A stretch of 64,000 nucleotides of DNA, taken from contig CAJINV010000004.1 in NCBI GenBank assembly GCA_905178155.1, positions 4,396,518 through 4,460,517 of the forward strand, given 5' to 3'. The DNA is from Amoebophrya sp. A120 (lineage: Eukaryota; Protista; Dinoflagellata). Below, one piece after another: positions 1 to 10,951 of the stretch. Position 1 is the first letter of the stretch. The number at the start of each line of letters is the position of its first letter. The position numbers and the translations under genes were made by a program. The notes under the pieces were generated by a model. It made no database searches. It saw only the letters and a program-made list of their open reading frames with translations, and had not been told where the DNA came from.

Positions 1-2
1 AC

Positions 3-3000
3 GTGAAGAGTGCGGTCCAGCTGAAAAAATACGTCGAAGAGAATCAAAGTTATCCTGTGCAAACGTATCGTACTCGTATTGCAATCATGCATTACAAATC
101 CCTTTCTTAAGCTAAATCTGCATTACAAATTTTATTTCTCATGCTGCAGAAATTTGTATTGCGTTTATACGAATACGATACTTTTGCAATGTATAAAAGT
201 CGGTATGGTACCACCCGCGTCGCGCACGCCGCACCACGAAAGGCCGGACGTACTTATTCATTTCATTTTATCCTGAGTAAAAACGTACCCACACCAGAGT
301 CAGGATGGGGATTTTGCAACACAAACCTAGGAGTTTTGTGAGTCACGCATGACAAGTTGCGTTCTGCAGTGTAGTGCAGGTTAGCAAGTGCAGCCGCATC
401 ACAGATTCATCGGCTCATCCTGTTCACAGCATCACAAATTCCAAAACACGATTGGAAATGGCTCTCATGGTGATGCGCATTACAAGTCTTCCTGTCTTTG
501 CACATCTGCATTACAACTCTGGTGTGGGTACGTTTTTACTCAGGATACATTTATTTGGTTGATCATGATGAAAGTCATACCTAGCAATGAATTGGGCCAG
601 TTCACGCGCAGTGGCGGTCTGCTCGTTCGGTGTGGGAGGTTGCTATGCCGTATCTTTTCTCGGCTGTGAGCGATGTGTCGCTTGTCTGTTGCGTATTGTA
701 TACCCCAGGCACCGGGTCGTGGGGGCATGATGCATGGCCGGGGTGATTGTAGTTTGCTAGCCGGACAGGAGATTTTCTTCCGCTATTGATCACGGGCTGG
801 GTTCCCGCGACTTCTTCCGCCGTCCTTTACTTAGGTTTGGTGGGCGGCGCCCGTCCAAATGGAAGTGTGCGACATGATGCGACTAGGTTGGATGTGGGGT
901 TTCGCGGTATCCTCTTGTGGAGGGTGGCTCCGTTAATGTGGATAGACCACGGCTGAACCCCCAGAGCCAGCCAAGCGGCTGGCGGGATTTTGCCTATGGC
1001 GCGCGCTCCGTTCAGTTTGGTTGCCGCATTCCGGGAGTGGGTATTATAGGGTTCTCCATGGGGGAGCCCTGGTTTTGTTTACGTCGTTTGCCGCTGATGC
1101 CCACCGTTTGGGAGCAAGGGCTGCTCGCCTGGTTGTTTGCTCGGGTACTCACATACACTGCTCCTGCTCGAGTAGCAGATGTTCGCGCTTCAAGCATTGG
1201 TCGGCGAGGTGTGGGCTACGTGCGCTCGGCGCGGCGTTTCAGGGGCCCGGAGATAACGAGGAGTAGGCGCTTTTGGAAGCGAGTTTGTTCTGCCACTGGG
1301 TATGCTGTGCGGGTTGGATTCGGTCGGTTGCCTGTCTTCCCTTGGGGGTAAGTGGGGCTGGGGCTGGCGCTGTTCCCCCCATTCAGCCACCGGAGGTGGG
1401 GTTCTGGGGGGTCTTGCCCAGGGGGCCAGGTGGTGGTGGAGTGGGCCGTTCTCCGCTACGGAAGCTAGGCCCGGCCTGCTTCGCCCAGCCCCTTCAGGTT
1501 CAGGCTCGATCCAACGGGCCGCTTGGGTGTTGGCTCACTCTGTCTGAATAACACTCGGAAGGAACGCAGCGAAATGATTTCTTTAGTTGATGATCATGAT
1601 GAAAGTCATACCTAGAAGCAATAAATCCATCTTGATCGCTAGAAGCTGCAGGAGGTGAACCAATAATATCCACCACCATCTTCAATGGATGAGGTAATAA
1701 GAAATTGCATCAAAACTACTACAGCACTACCTTTGTTTTATTTTATGAATTTGTGATCAAGTTCTTGTCATGGCAGGAGCTATCCAATGTCCTCCACTTC
1801 AACTCGAGCAGGAGAGAAGTGTGGACGTAGCATGCAACAATAAATTATGAAAACGATATATACAGGAACGCTCTGGATCGGCGGTCTCCCGGCGGATTTC
1901 GAGCCGGAGCCGTGGTTTCTGAAGCCGTTAAAGATGCGGCTGGAACGTATCCCACGAAAAAATTGTGTCACTGTGACGGTTTTGCAAGATCTGCATTACA
2001 AGTTTGTTACACATGACACAGAATATTTGCCATGCGCGCTTTTCAAGGGAAAACACGCTTGGGCATCCAATGTCTTCCAGGTGTAGCAAGACAGACACTT
2101 TGGTGCTTCATTTTCTGCATCACAAGTTCACAGTGAAGCAGTTTTTTCTTGCGATAGAGCAGTACGGAAAATTAGTGCCCCAGCCGGAGCCGGAGCTGAA
2201 GCCGGCATGGTGGGAAATCGACAGTCCAAAGAAAAACGAGAACCCCCCGTCTCCAGAAAAAGCAAAGGAACAAGAGGAGACTAACAAAAACGACACGACA
2301 GACGCGAAAAATGCAAATAAACCTGGTACTTCTCCTACCGGACAAGCTAGACAAGACGGTGGCGATGTTGAGAAGAAGAACACTGACGGAACAACTGCTG
2401 TTGAGCAAAAAGCAGCAGGAGACGAGTCAGCGGAAAACAAGAACAAAGATTCAGCGACAGCAACAGAAACAAATACCGAGAAGAAAAGCGACGAGCAGAA
2501 AGCAGACGGTGGAAATAAAGAAACTAGCAAGGACAACACTACGGCTGCAGAGGGTGAGGGCGCGAAGAAAGATGACGCCGGCGACGAAAATAAGGCCGAA
2601 AAGGCTGGAACTAGTCCAGCAAATAAAGTAGAAGGTGACAAAGCGAAGGAAAGCACGCAGGGGGCGGGGGCAGGCGAATCAAAGGACGAACAGCCGAAAA
2701 AGCCGCCACTTTATATTCATTACATCCCGAAAAAACACTGCGCATTCGGTATGTTATTTTTTGAAAATTATAAGAGTGCTGTTTACCGACGTTCTTTGCA
2801 CCATTGTTTAATTGGCTTGTAGCTCTTCACGTGAAAATTACAGAATCGATAATTTTTGTACATAAATAGTGCTCGTAGTGGTGGTGAGGCTATGTTTCAC
2901 TCTGAAAAGCTAAAGCGCCACTTCTCGGTGGAGTTCTTCATGCAAAGAAACACATAATTAGAAACAAATACTTAAAACACTTCCAGTGACCTTCGAGACC

Positions 3001-5957
3001 GTGCAGCAGGCTATCCAAGCGCGCAACCACTTGTACGCACTCCCGCTTCCCACCCACGTCGGCGACTCTTTATGCATCGCAAAAGTACAACTAATATCGC
3101 ACTAGTCGTATAATATTAATAAACTTGGATGCCTGCCTTGTCTTTCCCTTTTCGGCTAGTCAGCTTGGACCTCAGAGCACAGGAGAGAAAAAGGTACAGA
3201 GGCATAGCCGCAACGACATGCAGAGGCAGTGGGGATTCCACCAAGGTACTTCATTCGCCTCTTGAGTGTTCGCTTTCCTTGCGCAGCAGGAAGGGGGGCG
3301 CTCTGGCTATGTCGTCCCGAGCGTGGAAGGAGGACGTGAAAGCGGACTACGAGGAAGAGGAGCCTCGGCTTGCTAAATCTACACTGGATAGGTCTCCCGG
3401 TGCTGTGGTGTAAGTCTGGAAGCGCATGTTGGAATCGTTAAACTGCAGTGGAGGAGAAGCGGAGCAGCATCTTGACTTTCTCAAATTCCAATAAACAGGA
3501 GCTGATCTACTACTCTTTTATTACGGTTTATAGTCGTTCTAGTATAAAAAAAAAAAATATTAATAAACTTGGAGAAATTTTTGCATTTTTCCTTTTGGAG
3601 AAATTCAAATTTGTCAACGTCATGCGGTTGTACCAGCGGGTTTATACGACGTAATGTTGCGAGATGACCACTTTTGCAAAAATGCATACGATTTCCTGAA
3701 CATTGACTTTGTGGAGGAGGACGACGATGAAGACGACGGGGATGGTGTGGGCAGCACCGTGGGCGCGACTACGTCTGTCGCGGGCGACAGCATTATCTAC
3801 CTTCAACGAGGCCCCGGCAGCACCACGGGCGGGCACAGCGTGTCCCTCCGCCCCGGCCACAACGTGGCGCCCAGCAGTCGGGCGGAGGAACTACCCGCAC
3901 GTGGGGGTCACCGAGGCAGGAGCAGAAGTGCGAGAAGGTATATAATTTTCATTTATAAAGTGAAGATAAAGGAGTTGTGCTAGTAGTTCCTTGGAAGATG
4001 TTCTTGTGATCAAATGTTCCGTGCTTTATTTCCGACTTATGTTGAAAGATGATAGTTGAAAAGTTTTTGTTGGGCAGAGGAAGTAGAAGAGCTATAATCT
4101 TTTATCTCCGTTACCGTTTGATATTGAAACTCCAACTCGCCACAGACACGAGCGCAACAAGGAAGAGCATCGCGACAAGAAGGATCGCAAACACCGCGAC
4201 CGGAAGGAGGACGCCGAGAAAGAGCGACATGCGAAGGACAAAAAGAAGGACAAGGAGAAAGACAAGGAGGCGAAGGAGATATGCAATGGGCAAAACTATC
4301 GGTCACTAGTATAGATTGCATGACATTTTGCATTTCTGAAATACAAAAATGCAATTTCAATTTGTATATGCTGACTGGGGCTTGGCTAGCAAACTGTGTC
4401 ATGCATGATTGTATACAAATAGTACGACTACGTGTGTGATACTTTTGCCGCGGATAACAGAAAGAGAACAACAAATCCGGGAAAGAGACCGAGAAGGATC
4501 CCATATGAGAGTGCACAACTCCCCCTCCCCCCCTCCCCCTCATTTGTGATGCAAAAACCCAAATCCACATCTTGTCTGTAAGCACAGTGAGCATGACAAA
4601 TTTTGGAACCACAAACAGCACTACAATCCGTGTGTAGATTTGTCATGCGCAGGCTCCATTTGAGCTGGTGTCTGTATTGCTGCTCATACCATACAAATGA
4701 GGGGGAGGGAGAGTTGTGCAATCCCATATCCCACTCTGAGCCTGCACAAAATGGGCGAGTTCTGTTGCAAGGTGAAAGCGAACTACATCCAGGGCACGGG
4801 GAAGCTCCCGTTTGAGTCGAAAAAGCTCGAGATCGACCAGCGAACAAAGTTGGAGCACTTGATGGGCCACTACAACAAGAACGAGCGTTTATCCTGTGCA
4901 AAAGTATCGTACTCGTAGTAATTGCGTTTATGCATTACAAATCTCTTTCTCAAAGTAAATCAGCATTACAAATTTAATTTGTAATGCTGGGCTAATTTGT
5001 AATGCAATTTATACTAGTACGATGCTTTTGCATTGCATAGCGATTTGCGGTCTACAACATCCGCCCCAAGGAACGGGGCGACATCCCCAACTTTAACGAA
5101 TTGGTCACCTACTTCAGCGACAGGAAAAGGGTATACTTTTGATATAATTTTTCTTGAGAGTGTAGTTTTTCTTGTTCTTTTTTCGTATAACTATGCCTAA
5201 GTACGCAAAGTGCCCATCACCGTGCTGCATAAGGCTACCACGGACCACCATGCTACGCAACTCCTACCCGATGAAAACGTGTGCGCGTGTGCTTGCGGCG
5301 TCTTTACGTGCGGAAGCTGCAACTACAACTTCAGCGTTAAAAATTATTAAACACGCTCCTTCAGGTCGGTCTGGTCCAAGCGGCGAAGAACAGTTGTTAC
5401 CTGGTGCCCGGTATCAAAAGTAAAAATGTCTGGGTCTGGGAACTTGTGATGCTGGGTGGCGTTTCATGATGAGGCTACAAATGCTGGCTCAGCATGACAA
5501 GTTTCTGAGCTCCTAGGTGTTGCCTATTCTGCATGACAAACTGCGCTTCTGCACCACAGAAAAACGGAGCTCTTGGGTAACGTGCATGACAGATTTAAGA
5601 GTCATGCCAGACAAGCATGACAAACATGAACTCTTCCAGACCCAGACATTTTTGCATTTTATAGCCGGGAAAAAGGAGGGTTTTCTCGACGAGTTACCCT
5701 TCCTGAACGAGGTTTCACGGGGTGACGAGGTGAAAGACGGGTTTATCCTGATCATGATCCCCGCCCTGTCCGCTGCCGACAAGGAAAAGAAAAAGCAGCA
5801 ACCAGCGACAGGAGCGACGCAACCCGCGACCGCGAATGGAACGTCTGCCGCAGCTGGAGCCGCGCCAGCGGCAGCGGAGGGGCAGCACCAGGCAGCAGCG
5901 AATGACTCGTTGAAAAACATCAAAGGAGAGGCCGCACCTTCCAAGAAGGCCTCGTAG
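3..5957 (+). CDS. RRM + SPOC domain protein (FPA/Spen/RBM15-like), 5' end outside window, multi-exon
   Basis: Reconstructed exons give RNP2-like RTLWIGGLP (1866-), RNP1-like KHCAFVTFET (2749-2986 GT-AG intron) and a SPOC-like C-terminus (LHKMGEFCCKV...LEIDQRTKLEH...FNELVTYFSDRKRVGLV...CYLVP). Canonical introns include 250-1865 and 2749-2986, plus 7 exonic introners. Stop TAG at 5957. Confidence 0.7.
51..195. mobile_element. Introner family A (145 bp)
   Basis: TATCCTGTGCAAA...TTTTGCAATGTATA, direct repeat AAAGT/AAAGT. Removal gives ENQSRYG. Confidence 0.9.
269..547. mobile_element. MITE/introner family C inside a canonical intron
   Basis: Perfect 32-bp TIR TATCCTGAGTAAAAACGTACCCACACCAGAGT, direct repeat CATTT/CATTT. 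Confidence 0.92.
560..1615. mobile_element. About 1-kb insertion flanked by a 25-bp direct repeat
   Basis: TGATCATGATGAAAGTCATACCTAG at 560-584 and 1591-1615, with a G/T-skewed interior unlike the flanks. Confidence 0.6.
1948..2156. mobile_element. Introner family D
   Basis: Imperfect TIR TATCCCACGAAAAAATTGTGTCACTGTGA / TCACAGTGAAGCAGTTTTTTCTTGCGATA, flanks GAACG/GAGCA. Frame restored on removal. Confidence 0.8.
3071..3688. mobile_element. Degenerate family A introner carrying a nested retro-insert
   Basis: TATGCATCGCAAAAGT...ACTTTTGCAAAAATGCATA. Removing element+5 nt gives GDSFLNIDF in frame. Confidence 0.75.
3112..3573 (+). mobile_element. Poly(A)-tailed retroposed fragment with 18-bp target-site duplication
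   Basis: AATATTAATAAACTTGGA at 3112-3129 and 3556-3573, A-run at 3546-3557, AATAAA at 3490. Confidence 0.8.
4280..4456. mobile_element. Degenerate family A introner
   Basis: TATGCAATGGGCAAAACTATC...GATACTTTTGCCGCGGATA, flanks GGAGA/ACAGA. Confidence 0.75.
4504..4728. mobile_element. Introner family E
   Basis: TIR TATGAGAGTGCACAACTCCCCCTCCCC / GGGGGAGGGAGAGTTGTGCAATCCCATA, direct repeat TCCCA/TCCCA. Confidence 0.88.
4890..5039. mobile_element. Introner family A
   Basis: Family A TIRs, flanks GCGTT/GCGAT. Confidence 0.9.
5412..5663. mobile_element. Introner family B
   Basis: TAT...AAAAATGTCTGGGTCTGG / CCAGACCCAGACATTTTTGCATTTTATA, flanks CCCGG/GCCGG. Confidence 0.9.
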
Positions 5958-7605
5958 GTGGAAGAAGTGTCGATTTTATCCAGAATCTCCTCCTTTTCAA
6001 GTATAACACTTAACACATCACACAGTAGTAATCGGCGTGTACACGACGACTCGTGTACATGTCTCGATAGCTCATTCTCACGCAAAATGTAATTCATTTT
6101 TTTTTTCTTCTAGTAGCCTCTTTTATTTTGACCATCGCTACTAGAAGGAGCTAAAGCTACGATCATCGTAGGAACAAACTACGACTTACTAGTTGTAAAG
6201 CAATACGTGCTAGTGACCTCCTACACTAGTACCTTTGCCGCGACCCCAGCAAAGCCAAGCTCAATAATTTTGAGCGAACATCAGCAGTGGTGGCCTTTTT
6301 TTTGGAAACGGCTCCCGTCGGCGATAAGAAATACTGGGTCTCGTGGATGCTGTCAAGAAGATCTGCTACTTCTACCGACGGGGTTCTCAGAGTATCGATA
6401 AGAAGCAAGTCGGACGATAGCGACTCTGTACGTAAAGCTAAAGGTCGAAACAGCTCGTGCTATAATCAACTACAACATCCGTGATGAGGTAGAGAATAGA
6501 ATAACGATGTTTCATCACGCGACTGGAGGGTCGTGAGCCGATAATTTGTATCACCATCACCACGACATCGATCACTGGCATTGGCTTCGCAACCGGACGT
6601 TTCTGTTTGTCGTCCGCAAGGTGGTGGACGAGCGACAGCTAGAACAAGACACTAAGCCTTTGGCCTTCGCTTTTGAGTATTTGTTTTCAACAAGCGCCGC
6701 AGGAGCTTCATTTTCATTAGAGGGATCATGGTGTGTTTTGTACGCGTATCATCAAATTGGAGCTGAATATCATGAGTATCACATGTATTTTTAAGCCAAG
6801 CTGCCAAAAATTGTCAAACAAGCTTAGTCTGCGGAAGAGTCACATCTTCAAATCTTCGTGTGGCCGAGAAGATGCCACCACGGCGGTTCCCGGTTTGTGG
6901 TGTGGCACTTCGATGCCTGGAGATCATGTCCGAGCCACGGCCTGTGTTCATTCTTCGCGGCGCTGATTTCGAAGTATTCAGATTCGGTCTCGCTTTTGCT
7001 TACTACTTTTTTACGTTCCTTGCGCATAAAAATTCGAGATAGAAAATTTGAACCTCCTTGTACGAAAGAAGACGAAGAGAGATGACTCAGCAACGAGATT
7101 GCAAAAAAGCAAAACGTGTGTTGACAAACCGGAAGATGAGAAAATGAGTAGAAGTAGTAGAACCAAGTCGTACAAAAATGAGTCGCACGATTTTGCGCAA
7201 AGTAGTAACTTGAAGTGACACAATATTAGATATTCAAGCCGGATGAATGTTGATGGTTTTGACTTGATTTCTTGTTTGCCAACAAGGACCACCATCACAC
7301 ACATTTTTTTTTTCCTTTTGAGTCACTTAGGAATCGCAAGATGCAGAAAAGTCAAAACAAAAAGAAGTTTGTTTTGCAAGATTAGAAAGTATGGTATAGA
7401 CGACCAGGATGGACGACGTGGTTGCCGTCTGATAGCAAGAAGCAGTTTATTTTGTACGCCTTCGCGTATATAGGTAAATACAAATAGCGGGCGAGTTACT
7501 AATAGGTACGTCGAGTTTTGTTTTTGCTTTTATTTGCTAGTCGAAGTAGGCAACATAGCCTTTACCATCATAAGTATTTGGATTTGATCAACAACAATCA
7601 ACAGA

Positions 7606-10442
7606 ATGGGAATTAAGGGGCTGATTCCGTTCATTCGCGAGAATGCGCCGAAGGCGGTGACAGTGGATGTGAAGCAAGCAAACTACAACGGCCGGGTAAT
7701 TGTTGAGGCTCCGGATCATGAGGGCCAAATGTCGGAAAAAAGACTACAAAAATTTGCAAACTTCTTTTTTTCCCATGGCGAGGAACGCCACACACCGTGG
7801 CGCGTTGTGCTCCCTGGCTTCAAGTCATGCGTGGGCTATTTTTCCAGTTTGCTTCGCGATTCACTTCATATTTTAAGCGCTTTGCTGAAGTTCGCGGGCT
7901 TCCTCTCATCCCGATTGGAGGTTGTGTGGTGGGCGCAGTTAGTTTTCTATTCCGTTTGCCGGATCGACAACACCATCGACCCTGTGATCATATACAAGGC
8001 GCTTTCCGGTTTTTCCGGTTTGCCTTGTTGCTCCTTTTAAATTTACCAAAAAAAGTTCCCAACTTCATACCCTTTCAAAAAGTTTCCGTAAACACGAGCG
8101 GAGTCGGAAAGATTTTGCGAATGTTTCCGAGAGTTTTCGTTCTCTTTTTTTTCTCTTTTCATTTTTTTTTTCGCGAAAATCGATTTTTGTCATTTTTTGA
8201 ATTTGGGTCTTTTTGCTCCATCGAACGCGTCATAGCATGCGTGTTCGAAGTAGGCGGCTTCAAAACCGCGTGGGCTTCTCGTTTCTTTCTAGCCTAGTAA
8301 AGTTTTCTTGTGGGTTTTTGCAATGTTTCTGCAATGACACAAGACCACACCTGGGCGGGACGTTTCCTTTTCGCTTTGCCATGCGCTTTCTTCCAAGTTG
8401 TTTTTTTGGCCGCTCTCCTATTGGGTGGCGGCCTTGTAAATATTTCGGTCTTTTTTCCAAGGCAGTCATAATCAGGCCTCGGCGCTTCAATAATTGCCAT
8501 CGACGCGTCCACCTGCCTGTACCAGTTTATGGTGGCCATTCGGACGGGCACGGGAGAAAACTACTCCAACTTAACGAATGACCGCGGGGAAACGACGTCC
8601 CACTTATCGGGATTTCTGAACCGTACCTTGAAGCTCCTCGAGGCCGGCGCGAAGCCCGTGTACGTGTTCGACGGGAAAGCGCCAAGTACTAGTTGTTCTA
8701 CCAGCGATTTTGTTCTGTAGTTACATAACATAGTTTATTTCGCATCGTATAGAAGATGAAAAGCCCCCCGCGAAAATATTAAAACTTGAACTTTTTTTAC
8801 ACTATCCAGGCTTGAAGTCCGGCGAGCTGGCGAACCGAAAAGCGCGCAAGCAGCAGGCACTGGAGGACTATGAAAAGGCCAAGGACGAGGGTGACGCGGA
8901 CAAAATGCAGAAAATGGCGGACCGAAGCGTTACCGTGACAAGAGAAATGCAGGAACAGACGAAGAAGCTTCTGCGGCTCATGGCAATTCCAGTCATAGAA
9001 GCACCCTGCGAGGCGGAAGCGACGTGCGCGCATTTCAGCAAGACAGGTACTATTTTCAGCAACATCATGAAGTGTTAATATCAAAACAACTTGTGGGTGT
9101 TTATTATGCATGTACCGAATAAACGCACGATCGATGCACGCATGCGCACCTCCATCCTAGAAGGACGGCCGAGATGAAAGTTGTCAAAATCTTCATTTTC
9201 AAAACATCCTGATATATATTCCGCCCGAGACCACCAAATCAATTAATATCACAGGTGCCGCTTACGCTGCCGCGACGGAGGATGCAGATGCACTCTGTTT
9301 CGGCGCGAAAAAGCTGATAAGAAACCTCTTCACAACGGACGCGAAGAAGCGGCCGACCCTGGAAGTGGATCTGCAGCGTGTGTTGGAACAGCTCGACATC
9401 GACATGAACAAATTCGTGGACTTCTGCATATTGAGCGGTACTATTTCTACGTATTGTTTCTACTTCTCGTCGAAGTCGTGCTTTTGGTTCGTGGTCTGTA
9501 CTCCACTGGAATAAATCGCATTGATACAGCCCGATATTGATACCGGTCTCGACTACTAGCAAGCAGTAGCACCACCGCGCTACGCTTAATGTTCCACAGA
9601 CAACTAGGGAGTTTGAACTTCATTATTCATATCGTGATCCCAGGTTGCGACTACACGGACACGATTCAGAAGGTGGGCAGCATAACGGCGTTCCAACTGA
9701 TCAAGCAACACGGCAGCATCGAGACGGCCTTGGCCTCGGGCATCGACAAGAGCCGGGTGCCGGAAAACTTTCCGTTCCAAGAGGCACGGGACCTGTTTTT
9801 CAAGCACGAGGTCACGGACGTGAACGAGATAGACCCTGCGACAGGAAAGAAAAAATGCGACTTCACGGCCTACTACGCCGCAAAACCAAAACCGGACACG
9901 GAAGGTACAGATTTCTGAGAAAGATGGTGGAAGGTAAATGTAAAGATGGTGGACAAGGGATGCTCCTCCTGCAATCTTCTCGGAATTTGCCGCAACAGAA
10001 AATAAGTCCATCAAGCTGTGTAAGTACTTGCAACTCAAAGCATACACACATCTTGAAGTGCGGCTAACTTCTGATATAAAAATCAGGTTTAAAGAAGCTG
10101 ATGATCGAGGAAAACCAATTCGCCGACGAGAGAATAACGAAGTCCATCGAGAGGCTGCAAAAGCTGCTCGGTCAGGGCACGCAGCTGGCGTTTGAGAGCT
10201 TCTTCACCTTCCAGGCGCCCGCCATCGCGGCCAAGGACAAGTTTGACCCCTTCAAAAAGAAGGACGGGAAGAAGCGCGCGAACCACCTCGGCGCGCTCGG
10301 GAAGGCCGCCGGGGCGAATCCCGCAAAGAAGAGGAAAGGCGCGCTCACCGCAGACAAGCTTGAGGCGGCGGGCGAAAACAAGGAAAACGCCGGCGCGGGG
10401 AGCAGTAACGCGCTACCCAGTGGTCTGTTCAAGGACAACTGA
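7606..10442 (+). CDS. FEN1: Flap endonuclease 1
   Basis: MGIKGL start, [43 protein letters not shown] and C-terminal PIP-like QLAFESFF. Exons about 7606-7702, 8497-8685, 8810-9046, 9255-9437, 9644-9904, 10087-10442. Confidence 0.96.
7703..8490. mobile_element. 788-bp TIR element (TTGA...TCAA) forming the non-canonical first intron of FEN1
   Basis: 6-bp direct repeat TAATTG at 7697-7702 and 8491-8496, imperfect TIR TTGAGGCTCCG / CGGCGCTTCAA. Removal gives GRVIAIDAS. Confidence 0.85.
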
Positions 10443-10951
10443 GACCATATACTTTACGGGAGGAGTCATAAACTCCTCCTGGCGTGCGGTTTAGGTTTCG
10501 CGAGCAAGAATCTGCGCTGGTCGTGGTTCCTGACCTGCAGCTGAACTCCAATCGTACTTAGCCGCTCGCCCAGTGGTCCTTTTGATTTCTAGTATAATCC
10601 CTCGAACTCTATTTGAAGTTGCTTTCCCCCTCCTTCGCAGAACTTCTTATCCTCTCCACAAACGATTGGGACAAGAACTCTCCTCAACAGCGCAATGAGT
10701 TTGAGTATTGAAAAAGCGACAACAAGCATTGCCTTTGCTGGTTGTTACTTCAAGGCTGGTGGCAGAATGACGAGCCAGCTGCGCACGACCCTCTATCATG
10801 TGTGCTAGTACAGTACACCCATTTGTTGTTCAAGTTCATGTAGTTGTTCAAGAGCGATGGGTTAATGCCAGCGTTGATGTGGAAGCAGGAACGTGAGTCC
10901 CCCGGACGCTTTAAGGAGGGGGGGGGCGCCCCGCCGGCCGGGCCGTGCGAT

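Noticed and set aside
5517-5663. Recurring peptides FQTQTFLHF / CAKVSYS / MQKYRTRS at ORF ends, suggesting a shared protein domain
   Set aside because: They are translations of the family A and B TIRs, not coding sequence.
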